This document shows positions 9,578-21,092 of a stretch of DNA of 64,000 nt, piece after piece. Origin of the DNA: Gammaproteobacteria bacterium. GTDB taxonomy: Bacteria > Pseudomonadota > Gammaproteobacteria > Eutrophobiales > Eutrophobiaceae. Location: contig JAURNW010000021.1 of assembly GCA_030829985.1 (NCBI GenBank), positions 11,611 to 75,610 on the forward strand. Reading direction: 5' to 3'. Made by a program: the position numbers and the translations under genes. Within the stretch, counting starts at the first letter, position 1. Every line of letters starts with the position of its first letter. The notes beneath the pieces were generated by a model, which made no database searches, was not told where the DNA came from, and saw only the letters and a program-made list of their open reading frames with translations.

Positions 9578-12500
9578 ATGTTAAATAAAATTCTTACAAG
9601 TCTATACCACTTTTTCTGGTATGCATTTGCATTTATTATTCTGAACGCTGCTGTTGCTGTTACAGTATTACGCCTCGCCTTACCCGAGATTGGTTCTTAC
9701 AAAACAGAAATACAATCATGGGTTAGTAAACAAATGAAACACCCCGTCGTTATCGATAAGATAACTGCAGAATGGCAAGGCTGGACTCCCAATCTTTATC
9801 TCGGCAATATCGATCTCTATACACAAGATAATACGAGTGTTATCACCCGATTTGACTCTGCTCAAATAGGCATTGACCTGATAGATAGTGTTCGAGCGTT
9901 AACAATCATTCCAAGTTATATATCAGTTTCAGGTCTCGACTTTGACATCTTCCGGCATGCAGACGGTTCGATGTCAATTAACAGTGACAATGATCAGGAT
10001 GTAAATCGTGACAAAAATAATAATGCGGCCTTATCAGGCTGGTTATTAAAACAAAAACATATTGTGCTCGAAGACGCATCGGTTACCTGGCATGATGAAA
10101 AAACCCCAGATAAAGATAATGAATTTTCTAATGCCCACATTGAATTAAAAACCGATAAAAACCGTCTGCAACTCGAAGCAAACATCAAGCTACCGGAACA
10201 ATATGGGCAATCATTAAACATCTTACTCGACGTCACCGGCAATATTCTGACTCCTGAGTGGAGTGGCTCCGCCTATTTTGATGCAAAACAATTTAAACCG
10301 AATAACTTACTGGATTTATACCCGATCAAAAGTATAAATGGTTCCGCAAACTTCAAATTATGGACAAGGTGGAAGAAATCCAGATTAGTGGATTTCAATG
10401 GCGAGGCGAACTACTCTGACTTTTTGGTCAAGGCAAACAAATATGACTTACCGGTTAAAAATATAGACTTGAAATTGTTTGGTGAACGTAAAGAGGACTC
10501 CGACTGGTTATTAAATATAATAGTTAATAATTTACAAACTGAACATGGCATGTGGCCATCTTCAAACCACCAATTAATTATTGAAGACGACTCTGATAAT
10601 AAAAACCGTTATAACGCTTATTTTTCTTATCTGAAACTGGAAGAGATATTGCCTGTCCTTATAGCTGGGAACATCATATCTGACCAGTTTAGGGAGACAC
10701 TGGAACAACAAACCATCAGTGCAGAATTGAACAATGTAAGTATCAGCTACAGCCCTGCTTCAAACTCGGAAGAAATACTTCAATTTAATTCCGAATTTAA
10801 AAACCTTGACTATACTTCATCTGATAAGAATTTTTCTATCTTCGGTCTGGAAGGATCATTAAGCATCAATAATGAAAACATACAGGTACAACTTGACACT
10901 GAGCTACCAAAAATAAAATTGGGTGCTCTCTATGATGAACCGCTATTTTTCTCAGCGCTGAAAGCCGATATCGAAATAATAAAGGATGATCCTTATAAAC
11001 TGATCTTGCAAAATCTGGAATTAGCATCCACAGATTTATCGATTTATTCAACCGGTGCCATTCAGCTTGATAAAGCAAATCCTTTTATCGACGTGGTTAT
11101 GCACATTGATGAGACAAACATTGAGAATATTTCAAATTATTTACCTAAACAAACCAAGCCAGAATTAAGAAACTGGTTTAATCAAGCACTAGCTGGCGGA
11201 AAGATTTTATCCAGTGATTTAATCTTCCACGGATACCTTAACGATTATCCGTTTAATAATGCTGAAGGTAATTTCAAGGCTATCTTTAATATTGAAAATA
11301 CGACACTTGACTATAATGAGCAATGGCCTGCTATTGATAATTTTACTGCGGAGATCATTATAATCAATGACGATTTATCCATATCATCACACTCGGGCTA
11401 TATATTTGATGCGAAAATAAATGAGCTTTCAGCAGAGATCAAAGATCTGAGTAATAGCGAACACCAACTGAATATTATTGGTTCGCTGTCAGGACACACT
11501 AGCGACGCGAAAAATTTTATTAGGCAAAGCCCCATTAATGAAAACAAGGCTGTTAGTGAACTAATGAATAACATTGCCGGAGAATTTGCTCTGAACCTGA
11601 AACTGGATATTCCTCTGGGTCATCACAATACCAGTGTTGATGGACTTGTTAACTTTAGCGACACTACGATCGAATCCAATCTCCCCGGCCTTAGTCTGGA
11701 AAAAGTGAACGGTGAGGTACACTTTACTAATCATCAAGTATGGGCCAAAGACATAGATGCACTGTATTATGGTAAGCCAGTTAAACTAAGTATTCCCAAA
11801 ATAGATAAGGATGGGCCCTATTCTGAAATTTTCGAAATATCGGGCCTTGCTGATAAAGCATTTATCCTTAACCAACTTGGTAATTTCTTTCCATCCTTTA
11901 CAGCTACGGGCAAAATCTTAAGCAATTATTTTGATGGTGAAAGCAATTGGGTTTTTACTATCAAAAAGACTGCCCCTGAGAATAATATTAGCGCAAGAGA
12001 CGTTGAATTAAGGTCTGATCTAAACGGCATAGAAATAAACCTGCCTTATCCTTTTGGAAAAAATAAGCTGGAAACCAAACCTTTAATAATTACTACACGT
12101 TTAGCCGACGTATCAATTAACAATATTAACTTTAACTACAATGATAATTTTTTTACCGATGTAATGGTCGATAACAGCAACAACCTGATGATCAACAACA
12201 TCCTCATTGGTCTTGGGCAACAACATCACCAAACTACAGAAAACAGTGACATTTCAATACAAGGAACTTTAGAAAAACTAGACCTGTTTGAATGGGCCAA
12301 TATTATTAATATAGATAACATAGTGACTTCGCAAAATAATAAACCTGCCCCTGTACGTAAAATAGTCGGCAATATTAATATCGGTGAATTCCAAATACTC
12401 GAGAATAGTTTTAATGATATTAATTTGAAATTAAGCAACTCAATTGAAGGCTGGAAAATTTATTTTGATGGTGATGATATAAAAGGTTATGCCCGGTTTT

Positions 12501-13441
12501 TGAAGGGACATAATAATCAAAATGATAAATTGTTAGTCGATCTCGAGACGCTATCATTAGAAAAAAATGAAAATGTGGATAGCTCAAAAAAATCGGATAT
12601 AGATAAAATACCTGAGCTTGATATTAAAGTCGGGCAGTTTACTTATAACAATAATCAACTTGGGGAATTACAACTGGTAACTAACAATATTAAAGATGGC
12701 ATCAACATAAGTAGCCTTGGCATTAAAAAACCAGGTATTAATATAAAAGCGGAAGGAACCTGGCGTCGTATTGATAATATTGACCGTTCTGAATTCAATG
12801 CCCAACTGGAATCAGACTCAATAAGTACAATGCTAAATACCTTTAATTACACCTCTGCAAATATTGAAGATGGAAAAACATTAATTGAAATGAATGCAAG
12901 CTGGATGGATACACCGATGAATTTTTCCATTGAAAAAATAAATGGGGAACTTGATATGCAAATTGAGAAAGGAAGATTTCTTGATATCGATCCATCAGCT
13001 GGTCGCCTGTTTGGACTGCTCAGTATTCAAACTTTACCAAGAAGACTTTCACTGGATTTCACTGATCTTTTCAATAAAGGATTCGCATTCGATAGTATTA
13101 GTGGAAATTTCAATCTGGAACAAGGTCACGCCTATACCAACAACCTTGAATTGATTGGGCCAGCCGCAAATATCACCGTTACTGGGCGTACAGGACTGGT
13201 TAACGAAGATTATGATCAGATCGCAACCATAACACCAAAATTTTCAAATAGTTTACCTGTTGCCAGCGCATTGTTTGGACCAATAGGTGTCGGTGTTGGT
13301 GCTGTCATTTATCTCACCGGTGAATTATTTAAATCTATTCCAGACAGAATTGATGACATATTAAGATATCAATACAGCATCAAGGGAAGTTGGGACGATC
13401 CTGATATCGTAAAAATTAAAAAAGATAGCAAGAGCGGTTGA
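9578..13441 (+). CDS. yhdP: YhdP-family (AsmA-like) large envelope lipid-transport protein
   Basis: 1287 aa. It has an N-terminal TM anchor and a conserved C-terminal segment (GRLFGLLSIQTLPRRLSLDFTDLF, GSWDDPDI). It lies directly after rng, as in other gammaproteobacteria. Confidence 0.85.
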   Translation: MLNKILTSLYHFFWYAFAFIILNAAVAVTVLRLALPEIGSYKTEIQSWVSKQMKHPVVIDKITAEWQGWTPNLYLGNIDLYTQDNTSVITRFDSAQIGIDLIDSVRALTIIPSYISVSGLDFDIFRHADGSMSINSDNDQDVNRDKNNNAALSGWLLKQKHIVLEDASVTWHDEKTPDKDNEFSNAHIELKTDKNRLQLEANIKLPEQYGQSLNILLDVTGNILTPEWSGSAYFDAKQFKPNNLLDLYPIKSINGSANFKLWTRWKKSRLVDFNGEANYSDFLVKANKYDLPVKNIDLKLFGERKEDSDWLLNIIVNNLQTEHGMWPSSNHQLIIEDDSDNKNRYNAYFSYLKLEEILPVLIAGNIISDQFRETLEQQTISAELNNVSISYSPASNSEEILQFNSEFKNLDYTSSDKNFSIFGLEGSLSINNENIQVQLDTELPKIKLGALYDEPLFFSALKADIEIIKDDPYKLILQNLELASTDLSIYSTGAIQLDKANPFIDVVMHIDETNIENISNYLPKQTKPELRNWFNQALAGGKILSSDLIFHGYLNDYPFNNAEGNFKAIFNIENTTLDYNEQWPAIDNFTAEIIIINDDLSISSHSGYIFDAKINELSAEIKDLSNSEHQLNIIGSLSGHTSDAKNFIRQSPINENKAVSELMNNIAGEFALNLKLDIPLGHHNTSVDGLVNFSDTTIESNLPGLSLEKVNGEVHFTNHQVWAKDIDALYYGKPVKLSIPKIDKDGPYSEIFEISGLADKAFILNQLGNFFPSFTATGKILSNYFDGESNWVFTIKKTAPENNISARDVELRSDLNGIEINLPYPFGKNKLETKPLIITTRLADVSINNINFNYNDNFFTDVMVDNSNNLMINNILIGLGQQHHQTTENSDISIQGTLEKLDLFEWANIINIDNIVTSQNNKPAPVRKIVGNINIGEFQILENSFNDINLKLSNSIEGWKIYFDGDDIKGYARFLKGHNNQNDKLLVDLETLSLEKNENVDSSKKSDIDKIPELDIKVGQFTYNNNQLGELQLVTNNIKDGINISSLGIKKPGINIKAEGTWRRIDNIDRSEFNAQLESDSISTMLNTFNYTSANIEDGKTLIEMNASWMDTPMNFSIEKINGELDMQIEKGRFLDIDPSAGRLFGLLSIQTLPRRLSLDFTDLFNKGFAFDSISGNFNLEQGHAYTNNLELIGPAANITVTGRTGLVNEDYDQIATITPKFSNSLPVASALFGPIGVGVGAVIYLTGELFKSIPDRIDDILRYQYSIKGSWDDPDIVKIKKDSKSG

Positions 13442-13527
13442 AAACCTTGATATCTTCACCAATCATAATATCCACATTTCGGGATAATACGTTTAATCCA
13501 AAAAACTAAATTACCAGGGACTTAACA

Positions 13528-13986
13528 ATGCAGTGGAAACCTAATACGACTGTCGCGGCAATCGCTGAACAAGATGGCCGCTTTCTACTTGTAGAAGAAA
13601 CAATCAATGGAAACCCTGTCTTTAATCAACCGGCAGGACACCTGGAAAAAGGCGAAACATTGATAGAAGCCGTAAAACGTGAAGTGATGGAAGAAACAGC
13701 CTGGGAATTTGAACCAACATCACTGGTTGGTGTTTACCTTTATCCAAACCCGCATCAAGCTGATATCACCTATTTAAGATTTTGCTTTTATGGGCACTGC
13801 ATTACAGAAAATAAAGGTCAGGCTCTTGATGAAGGGATAGTTCGCGCTGTCTGGTTAACACTGGAAGATATTGAAAAGGAATATAATCGTATGCGTAGTC
13901 CATTGGTACCGCGTTGTATAGAAGACCATCTCAAAGGAAACAGCTATCCACTTGAACTAATACATCACTATTTAGACAATGACTGA
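13528..13986 (+). CDS. NUDIX hydrolase
   Basis: 152 aa. It has the NUDIX box GHLEKGETLIEAVKREVMEETAW. It overlaps the mnmA start by 8 nt. Confidence 0.85.
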   Translation: MQWKPNTTVAAIAEQDGRFLLVEETINGNPVFNQPAGHLEKGETLIEAVKREVMEETAWEFEPTSLVGVYLYPNPHQADITYLRFCFYGHCITENKGQALDEGIVRAVWLTLEDIEKEYNRMRSPLVPRCIEDHLKGNSYPLELIHHYLDND

Positions 13987-15073
13987 AATTTCCAATAATA
14001 AAATTATCGTTGGCATCTCCGGTGGAGTGGATTCATCGGTAACGGCGATGTTGCTGAAAGAACAAGGCTATGAAGTCGAAGCCTTATTCATGAAAAACTG
14101 GAATGACCAGTCTGAAGATGGTGCCTGCCTCTGGGAAAACGATGTTGAAGATGCCATGTTGGTTTGCGATAAACTCGATATCCCGTTAAATACGGTAGAC
14201 CTTTCATCTGATTATTGGGAAAAAGTTTTCAAAAACTTTCTCAGTGAATACAAAAATGGACGTACACCAAACCCTGATGTTTTGTGTAATCAGGAAATCA
14301 AATTCAAAGCCTTTCTGGAACATGCGGAAGAGCTCGGTGCAAAAAAAATTGCTACCGGTCACTATGCACGAATTGTTGAACAGGATAATACTTTTCAGCT
14401 ATTGAAAGGTATGGATCAGAATAAAGATCAAAGTTATTTCTTATGCCGCTTGAATCAGTCACAACTTCAAAAATCAATATTTCCCATTGGAGAACTTGAT
14501 AAAGCTGATGTGAGGCAACGAGCCGAACGTGCCGGATTAATCACGCATGATAAAAAAGACAGTACTGGAATTTGCTTTATCGGGGAACAACCCTTTCGCC
14601 AATTCCTGAGTCGTTATATTCCGCCAGATCCAGGTTTCATCAAAACTACAGACAAGAAAATAATCGGAAAACATGAAGGTGTCTTCTATTACACCCTGGG
14701 ACAACGACAGGGGCTCGGTATTGGCGGCGTAAAAGGTGCTAGTGATGCGCCATGGTATGTTGTACAAAAAAATATTGAAGACAATGAGTTGATTGTCGCA
14801 CAAGATCATGACCATCCCTTGTTACACAGCCATGGTCTTACGGCCTCTAATATAAACTGGATTTCAGGTAAGATTCCCGATATTCCTTATAAATGTCAGG
14901 CAAAAAATCGATATCGTCAGGCAGATCAGAATTGCATTATTGAAAAAAATGAAAATAGTAGTTTTAGCGTCAGTTTTGAATCATCTCAACGAGCCATTAC
15001 ACCCGGCCAATTCATTGTATTCTATAAGGAAGATACGTGTCTGGGTGGAGGGATAATTGATTCCGTACACTGA
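13979..15073 (+). CDS. mnmA: tRNA 2-thiouridine(34) synthase MnmA
   Basis: 364 aa. It has the PP-loop motif VGISGGVDSSV and conserved catalytic Cys contexts (NPDVLCN, DSTGICFIG). Confidence 0.95.
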   Translation: MTEISNNKIIVGISGGVDSSVTAMLLKEQGYEVEALFMKNWNDQSEDGACLWENDVEDAMLVCDKLDIPLNTVDLSSDYWEKVFKNFLSEYKNGRTPNPDVLCNQEIKFKAFLEHAEELGAKKIATGHYARIVEQDNTFQLLKGMDQNKDQSYFLCRLNQSQLQKSIFPIGELDKADVRQRAERAGLITHDKKDSTGICFIGEQPFRQFLSRYIPPDPGFIKTTDKKIIGKHEGVFYYTLGQRQGLGIGGVKGASDAPWYVVQKNIEDNELIVAQDHDHPLLHSHGLTASNINWISGKIPDIPYKCQAKNRYRQADQNCIIEKNENSSFSVSFESSQRAITPGQFIVFYKEDTCLGGGIIDSVH

Positions 15074-15196
15074 TTTTGCACCAAAATAAATTGTAAATTC
15101 GATTAAACATTGACTCGATCTTCAATTATACTAGCCGGCCTTCGATCTGGTTGCTGAATAAGCATCCCATCCACGAATAAATAAAGGAGAATTGTT

Positions 15197-17815
15197 TTGC
15201 TCGAAGCTTATCGCCAACATGTAAAAGAACGTGCCGACCAGGGTGTCGTACCACAACCATTATCGCCAGAACAAACAGCGGCCCTCGTTGAATTATTAAA
15301 AAATCCACCCGCAGGCGAAGAAGAATTTATACTCGATCTGATTACAAATCGCATTCCTGCAGGTGTTGATCAGGCCGCTTATGTCAAAGCCGGTTTTCTG
15401 GCAGCGATAACCAAGGGAGAAGCAGAATCTCCGTTAATTGATAAGATTAAGGCGGTTGAACTCCTTGGTACTATGCTCGGCGGTTATAATATTGTACCGT
15501 TAATTGATTGTCTTGATGATGACGCTCTTGCCCCGACAGCCGTAAAAGCACTGTCACACACTCTGTTAATGTTCGATGCATTCCATGATGTAAAAGAAAA
15601 GGCGGATGCTGGAAACAAACACGCGATAAAAATCATCCAGTCATGGGCCGATGCAGAATGGTTTACCTCCAAGCCACCACTGGCTGACAAGATTACTGTC
15701 ACAGTTTTCAAGGTTTCAGGTGAAACCAACACCGATGACCTGTCGCCTGCACCAGATGCCTGGTCACGCCCCGATATTCCCCTACATGCACAAGCCATGC
15801 TAAAAATGGAACGTGAAGGTATTACTCCAGACAAGTCAGGTGAAATTGGTCCTATTAAACAAATTGAAACATTAACGGCAAAAGGTTATCCGCTTGCATA
15901 TGTCGGTGATGTAGTTGGAACCGGATCTTCACGTAAATCAGCAACTAACTCCGTGCTCTGGCACATGGGAGATGATATTCCCTTCATCCCGAATAAACGT
16001 GATGGCGGTTATTGTCTCGGCGGCAAGATAGCACCAATCTTTTTTAACACGATGGAAGATGCAGGTGCTCTACCGATTGAATGTGATGTCAGTAAACTGA
16101 AAATGGGCGATATTATCGATATTTATCCTTATGAAGGTAAGGTCAAAAATGCAGAGACAGGCGAAGAATTATGTAACTTTACATTAAAGACTGACATCAT
16201 CCTTGATGAAGTTCAGGCTGGGGGTCGTATTCCTTTAATCATTGGACGTGGTTTAACTACACGTGCACGTGAAGCCTTGGGTCTGGAAACGAGTACCCTA
16301 TTTCGTGTACCTGTACCCGTTAATGATACGGGCAAAGGTTATACTCTGGCACAAAAGATGGTCGGTAAAGCCTGCGGCGTTGAAGGTATTCGTCCAGAAA
16401 CCTATTGTGAACCAAGAATGACCACCGTTGGATCGCAGGACACAACTGGTCCAATGACACGAGATGAATTGAAAGATTTAGCCTGTCTTGGTTTTTCTGC
16501 TGATTTGGTTATGCAGTCATTTTGTCATACAGCGGCTTACCCAAAACCGATTGATGTGAATACACACCATACTTTGCCTGATTTTATCCAGACACGTGGC
16601 GGTGTTGCACTTAGACCTGGTGATGGCATTATCCATTCATGGTTAAATCGTATGTTATTACCGGATACCGTTGGTACAGGTGGTGACTCGCACACACGTT
16701 TCCCAATCGGCATCTCTTTTCCAGCAGGTTCCGGTTTGGTCGCATTCGCCGCAGCAACAGGCGTTATGCCGCTGGATATGCCTGAATCGGTATTGGTACG
16801 TTTTAAAGGTGAAATGCAACCAGGCATTACTCTACGAGATTTAGTCAACGCTATTCCTTATGCCGCAATTAAAAGTGGTGATCTCACCGTGGCGAAAGAA
16901 GGTAAGAAAAATATCTTCTCTGGCCGTATTCTTGAGATTGAAGGCTTACCTAATCTCAAATGCGAACAGGCATTCGAGCTATCCGATGCCAGTGCTGAAC
17001 GTTCAGCAGGTGGTTGTACTATTCGTTTAGGCAAAGAACCCATCATTGAATATCTATCATCCAATATTACCCTGTTGCGTTGGATGATTACCGAAGGTTA
17101 TGGTGACGCGCGTACATTAGACCGTCGAGCTAAAGCCATGGAAGAATGGATTGCAAATCCAGTCTTAATGGAACCTGATGCCGATGCCGAATATGCCAAG
17201 ATATTTGAAATTGACCTGAATGAAATCAAGGAACCGTTACTTGCATGCCCGAATGATCCTGATGATATCAAGCCATTATCCGAAGTAGCTGGCACCAAGA
17301 TTGACGAGGTTTTTATCGGCTCATGTATGACCAATATTGGTCACTTCCGTGCCGCAGGTAAGATGTTGGAAAAATCAGCAACGACCATACCAACACGCTT
17401 ATGGATATCTCCACCGACCAAGATGGATCAACATCAACTGACCGAGGAAGGCTATTACAGTATTTTTGGCAAGGCGGGAGCCAGAACAGAAATGCCAGGA
17501 TGTTCTTTGTGTATGGGCAATCAGGCACGTATCGCTGCCAAATCAACAGCAGTATCTACCTCGACCCGTAACTTCCCTAATCGTTTGGGTGATGGAGCCA
17601 ATGTCTATTTGGCATCAGCGGAAATCGCAGCGGTATCTTCAATACTCGGTCATATACCGACCATGGAAGAATATATGGCGTTTGCTGCTGATCTGAACCC
17701 GATGGCTGCAGATGTTTATCGCTATCTGAATTTTGATGAGATCGAGTCTTTCCAAAAGAGTGCCTCACAAGCGCATTCCAAACTTGAGTCAATTCCGGTT
17801 GCAGTAGTGAATTAA
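15197..17815 (+). CDS. acnB: Aconitate hydratase B (bifunctional aconitase 2 / 2-methylisocitrate dehydratase)
   Basis: 872 aa, collinear along its whole length with E. coli AcnB as I remember it ([39 protein letters not shown]). It uses a TTG start preceded by AAGGAG. Confidence 0.95.
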   Translation: MLEAYRQHVKERADQGVVPQPLSPEQTAALVELLKNPPAGEEEFILDLITNRIPAGVDQAAYVKAGFLAAITKGEAESPLIDKIKAVELLGTMLGGYNIVPLIDCLDDDALAPTAVKALSHTLLMFDAFHDVKEKADAGNKHAIKIIQSWADAEWFTSKPPLADKITVTVFKVSGETNTDDLSPAPDAWSRPDIPLHAQAMLKMEREGITPDKSGEIGPIKQIETLTAKGYPLAYVGDVVGTGSSRKSATNSVLWHMGDDIPFIPNKRDGGYCLGGKIAPIFFNTMEDAGALPIECDVSKLKMGDIIDIYPYEGKVKNAETGEELCNFTLKTDIILDEVQAGGRIPLIIGRGLTTRAREALGLETSTLFRVPVPVNDTGKGYTLAQKMVGKACGVEGIRPETYCEPRMTTVGSQDTTGPMTRDELKDLACLGFSADLVMQSFCHTAAYPKPIDVNTHHTLPDFIQTRGGVALRPGDGIIHSWLNRMLLPDTVGTGGDSHTRFPIGISFPAGSGLVAFAAATGVMPLDMPESVLVRFKGEMQPGITLRDLVNAIPYAAIKSGDLTVAKEGKKNIFSGRILEIEGLPNLKCEQAFELSDASAERSAGGCTIRLGKEPIIEYLSSNITLLRWMITEGYGDARTLDRRAKAMEEWIANPVLMEPDADAEYAKIFEIDLNEIKEPLLACPNDPDDIKPLSEVAGTKIDEVFIGSCMTNIGHFRAAGKMLEKSATTIPTRLWISPPTKMDQHQLTEEGYYSIFGKAGARTEMPGCSLCMGNQARIAAKSTAVSTSTRNFPNRLGDGANVYLASAEIAAVSSILGHIPTMEEYMAFAADLNPMAADVYRYLNFDEIESFQKSASQAHSKLESIPVAVVN

Positions 17816-17840
17816 ATGGTTTTATCGTTTTAACAAAACG

Positions 17841-17863
17841 GGCGACTTATAGTCGCCTTTTTT
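17841..17863 (+). terminator. Rho-independent terminator after acnB
   Basis: GGCGACT tat AGTCGCC stem-loop followed by TTTTTT. Confidence 0.75.
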
Positions 17864-17960
17864 GTGCTTGTAATTTAAAGGATTCAATTCAAGCTGAGTA
17901 GACCAAAACACATTATAATAATGTTATGTTTTTAACATTAATAACCAGAGACAAGATTAC

Positions 17961-19478
17961 ATGACTACAATAAAACAAGATGATTTGATTGAGAGCGTTG
18001 CTGACGCCCTGCAATATATTTCCTATTACCACCCGGTTGATTTCATTCAAGCCGTTAATGCTGCTTATAAGAAAGAAGAATCCAAAGCTGCTAAGGATGC
18101 GATGGCACAAATATTAATTAATTCACGGCTCTGTGCTGAAGGTCATCGACCTATTTGTCAGGATACCGGGATTGTTACGGTATTTATAAAAGTAGGCATG
18201 GATGTTAAGTGGGATGCTAAGTTATCTGTTGAAGACATGATCAATGAAGGTGTGCGTCGTGCCTACAATCATCCGGATAATAAATTACGTGCCTCCATCA
18301 TGTCAGACCCGGCAGGCGCAAGAAAAAACACCGGCGACAACACACCCGCTGTCATTCACATGGAAATAGTTAAAGGCGATAAGGTTGATATTCAAGTTGC
18401 AGCCAAAGGTGGTGGTTCGGAAGCAAAATCAAAATTTGTCATGCTTAATCCGTCAGATAATATTGTCGATTGGGTTGTCAAAACTGTACCCACCATGGGT
18501 GCTGGTTGGTGTCCACCAGGCATGTTAGGTATTGGCATTGGCGGTACTGCTGAAAAAGCAATGGTCATGGCAAAAGAAGCCCTGATGGAGCCAGTAGATA
18601 TTCAGGAATTAAAGGCACGTGGAGCAAAAAATAAAGTAGAAGAACTACGACTTGAAATTTATGACCGGGTAAATGATTTAGGTATTGGTGCGCAAGGTTT
18701 AGGCGGACTGACTACGGTACTCGATGTAAAGATAAAAGATTATCCAACCCATGCCGCAAATAAACCAGTGGGAATGATCCCTAATTGTGCAGCAACACGT
18801 CATGCACATTTTGTTTTAGATGGGTCAGGTCCGTCATTACAAACACCACCAAATCTTGATGATTGGCCCAAAGTCACCTGGGATGTTGGTCCTTCTGCAA
18901 GACGTGTCGATCTTGATACAGTGACTGCGGAAGATATCAAACAATGGCAACCGGGAGAAACCATCTTACTGTCAGGAAAGATGCTAACCGGCCGTGATGC
19001 GGCACATAAAAAAATACAGGATTTATTCGATAAAGGAGAACCTTTGCCGGATGGCGTAGACTTCAAAAACCGTTTCATCTATTACGTAGGTCCAGTTGAT
19101 GCCGTACGAGAAGAAGTGGTAGGCCCGGCAGGCCCCACCACAGCAACACGCATGGATAAGTTTACTGAAATGATGCTGGATAAGACCGGCTTGATTGGTA
19201 TGGTGGGTAAAGCAGAGCGTGGGCCTATGGGCATTGATGCGATTAAAAAGCATAAGGCTGTATACCTTATGGCCGTGGGGGGTGCTGCTTATCTCGTTTC
19301 AAAAGCCATTACACATTCAGAAGTGATTGCCTTCCCGGAACTCGGAATGGAAGCAATCCATGAATTTGAAGTTAAAGACATGCCTGTTACTGTAGCGGTA
19401 GATGTCAATGGCAATTCAGTCCATCAAACTGGTCCGCAACAGTGGCAAAAAATCATATTCGATAGAAAGTCAGCCTAA
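17961..19478 (+). CDS. fumA: Class I (Fe-S) fumarate hydratase
   Basis: 505 aa with fused alpha and beta regions. It has the Fe-S ligand context CQDTGIV and a C-terminal beta-type domain (GPTTATRMD). Confidence 0.9.
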   Translation: MTTIKQDDLIESVADALQYISYYHPVDFIQAVNAAYKKEESKAAKDAMAQILINSRLCAEGHRPICQDTGIVTVFIKVGMDVKWDAKLSVEDMINEGVRRAYNHPDNKLRASIMSDPAGARKNTGDNTPAVIHMEIVKGDKVDIQVAAKGGGSEAKSKFVMLNPSDNIVDWVVKTVPTMGAGWCPPGMLGIGIGGTAEKAMVMAKEALMEPVDIQELKARGAKNKVEELRLEIYDRVNDLGIGAQGLGGLTTVLDVKIKDYPTHAANKPVGMIPNCAATRHAHFVLDGSGPSLQTPPNLDDWPKVTWDVGPSARRVDLDTVTAEDIKQWQPGETILLSGKMLTGRDAAHKKIQDLFDKGEPLPDGVDFKNRFIYYVGPVDAVREEVVGPAGPTTATRMDKFTEMMLDKTGLIGMVGKAERGPMGIDAIKKHKAVYLMAVGGAAYLVSKAITHSEVIAFPELGMEAIHEFEVKDMPVTVAVDVNGNSVHQTGPQQWQKIIFDRKSA

Positions 19479-19590
19479 TTATAAATTAGAGACACAAACG
19501 AATTAATTAGCAGAAAGTATGAAATACCAGCGTTTTTATCGCATTTTCGAAAATTATATCAATCAACTTTTCTAAAAGAATATTATAGCG

Positions 19591-21060
19591 ATGAGTAATA
19601 CGAACCTGATAAAACAGAGACCTGTAAAGATTGGGTTGCAAACGACACTAAATATTCTGTTACCTTACTTGGTTGAAAAACTACTAGAACAACTTAAAAG
19701 TATCTGGTTTATCGTCGCTTACCTTTATTTTTTCCAAATCGTTATTCTAGGCTTACCCGTTATTTATGCGACGATGGTCACTGCAGGTATCGCCATTGTT
19801 GCAATTGGTCTGATGTTTTTTATGGAAGGTTTGCGTCTCGGTTTAATGCCTCTTGGAGAAACAATCGGAACACACCTACCACGAAAAACTAAGCTACCTA
19901 TTATTCTATTCTTTGCTTTTCTTATGGGTATTGGCGCCACATTGGCAGAACCAGCAATTGCTGTACTTAAAGCAGCGGGAAGTGGCGTAAAACCAAATCA
20001 GGCACCACTGTTATATAGTTTGCTCAACGACTTCGCACTACAACTTGTCGCAGCCATAGGTATTGGTGTTGGCATTGCCGTAGCGCTAGGAGTATTGCGG
20101 TTTTTCTATAACTGGTCACTGAAGATACTCATCATTCCACTTGTTGTCACTTTGACAGGATTGACCCTATGGTCATTTAATAATGAGATACTGAGTCCGA
20201 TCATTGGTCTGGCCTGGGACTCTGGTGCGGTAACTACTGGTCCTGTCACCGTGCCCTTGGTGCTGGCTCTCGGGATAGGTGTATGTCGCATCGTGGGAAA
20301 TGGAGATATGACGACGGATGGCTTTGGCATTGTTACATTGGCGTCTTTATTTCCAATATTGGCTGTATTAATACTCGGGAACATACACTATTTGCAGGGT
20401 GACTACTATGGCGCACCTAACTATATAGGCCAACTAGAATCCTCTAAAGTGGTGGATACTACACTGCAAGAAACGAGTAAGCCTATTTTAAAGTCTGAGA
20501 TCTTTTCCGAAGCTGAATTTGCTCATTACCTTACAACGAATGAAATACCCGAAGAAACAGAGATCCAATATAAAGGCGGTTCCGTTAATTTGGTGGATGG
20601 ACAAATCGTTCATGATAATGCATCCATTATCATCGTTAAAAAAATCAGTCAGGTGAGACCCTATGATGAGAACAACTGGGATCCTCATAGTAACTTGATA
20701 TCGGACTTGCAAGAAACCGCAACTGCTGCTCTAAAAGCGATACTTCCTCTTTGCCTGTTTTTGTTTCTAACGCTGAAATTTATATTACGAGAAAGATTGG
20801 CAGACTTACAAATTGTATTAATAGGTATCATATTCGCTGTCCTTGGTATGGCGATGTTTGGCTTGGGTATTAACCTTGGTCTAACACCACTAGGAACTCA
20901 ACTCGGTAGTAATATTCCATCGGTGTTTGCCTCAGTTACTCCATGGGGAATGCTCGGACAACAAGGACCTCTAATAAGTGATGGTATTGGCGGCAGGTTA
21001 ATTGCCATTTTGTTTGGTTTTTTCTTGGCTATGGTGCCACACTTGCTGAACCAGCCCTAA
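19591..21060 (+). CDS. DUF1538-family membrane protein: complete first DUF1538 unit, cytoplasmic linker and N-terminal part of a second unit; truncated by an apparent frameshift
   Basis: 489 aa and polytopic. It carries the family signature AWDSGAVTTGPVTVPLVLALGIG. The second unit begins around residue 380 and the frame ends shortly after a T6 run (21018-21023). Confidence 0.75.
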   Translation: MSNTNLIKQRPVKIGLQTTLNILLPYLVEKLLEQLKSIWFIVAYLYFFQIVILGLPVIYATMVTAGIAIVAIGLMFFMEGLRLGLMPLGETIGTHLPRKTKLPIILFFAFLMGIGATLAEPAIAVLKAAGSGVKPNQAPLLYSLLNDFALQLVAAIGIGVGIAVALGVLRFFYNWSLKILIIPLVVTLTGLTLWSFNNEILSPIIGLAWDSGAVTTGPVTVPLVLALGIGVCRIVGNGDMTTDGFGIVTLASLFPILAVLILGNIHYLQGDYYGAPNYIGQLESSKVVDTTLQETSKPILKSEIFSEAEFAHYLTTNEIPEETEIQYKGGSVNLVDGQIVHDNASIIIVKKISQVRPYDENNWDPHSNLISDLQETATAALKAILPLCLFLFLTLKFILRERLADLQIVLIGIIFAVLGMAMFGLGINLGLTPLGTQLGSNIPSVFASVTPWGMLGQQGPLISDGIGGRLIAILFGFFLAMVPHLLNQP

Positions 21061-21092
21061 ATGCGCTTGGCGAAACTGTTGAGAAAATCACG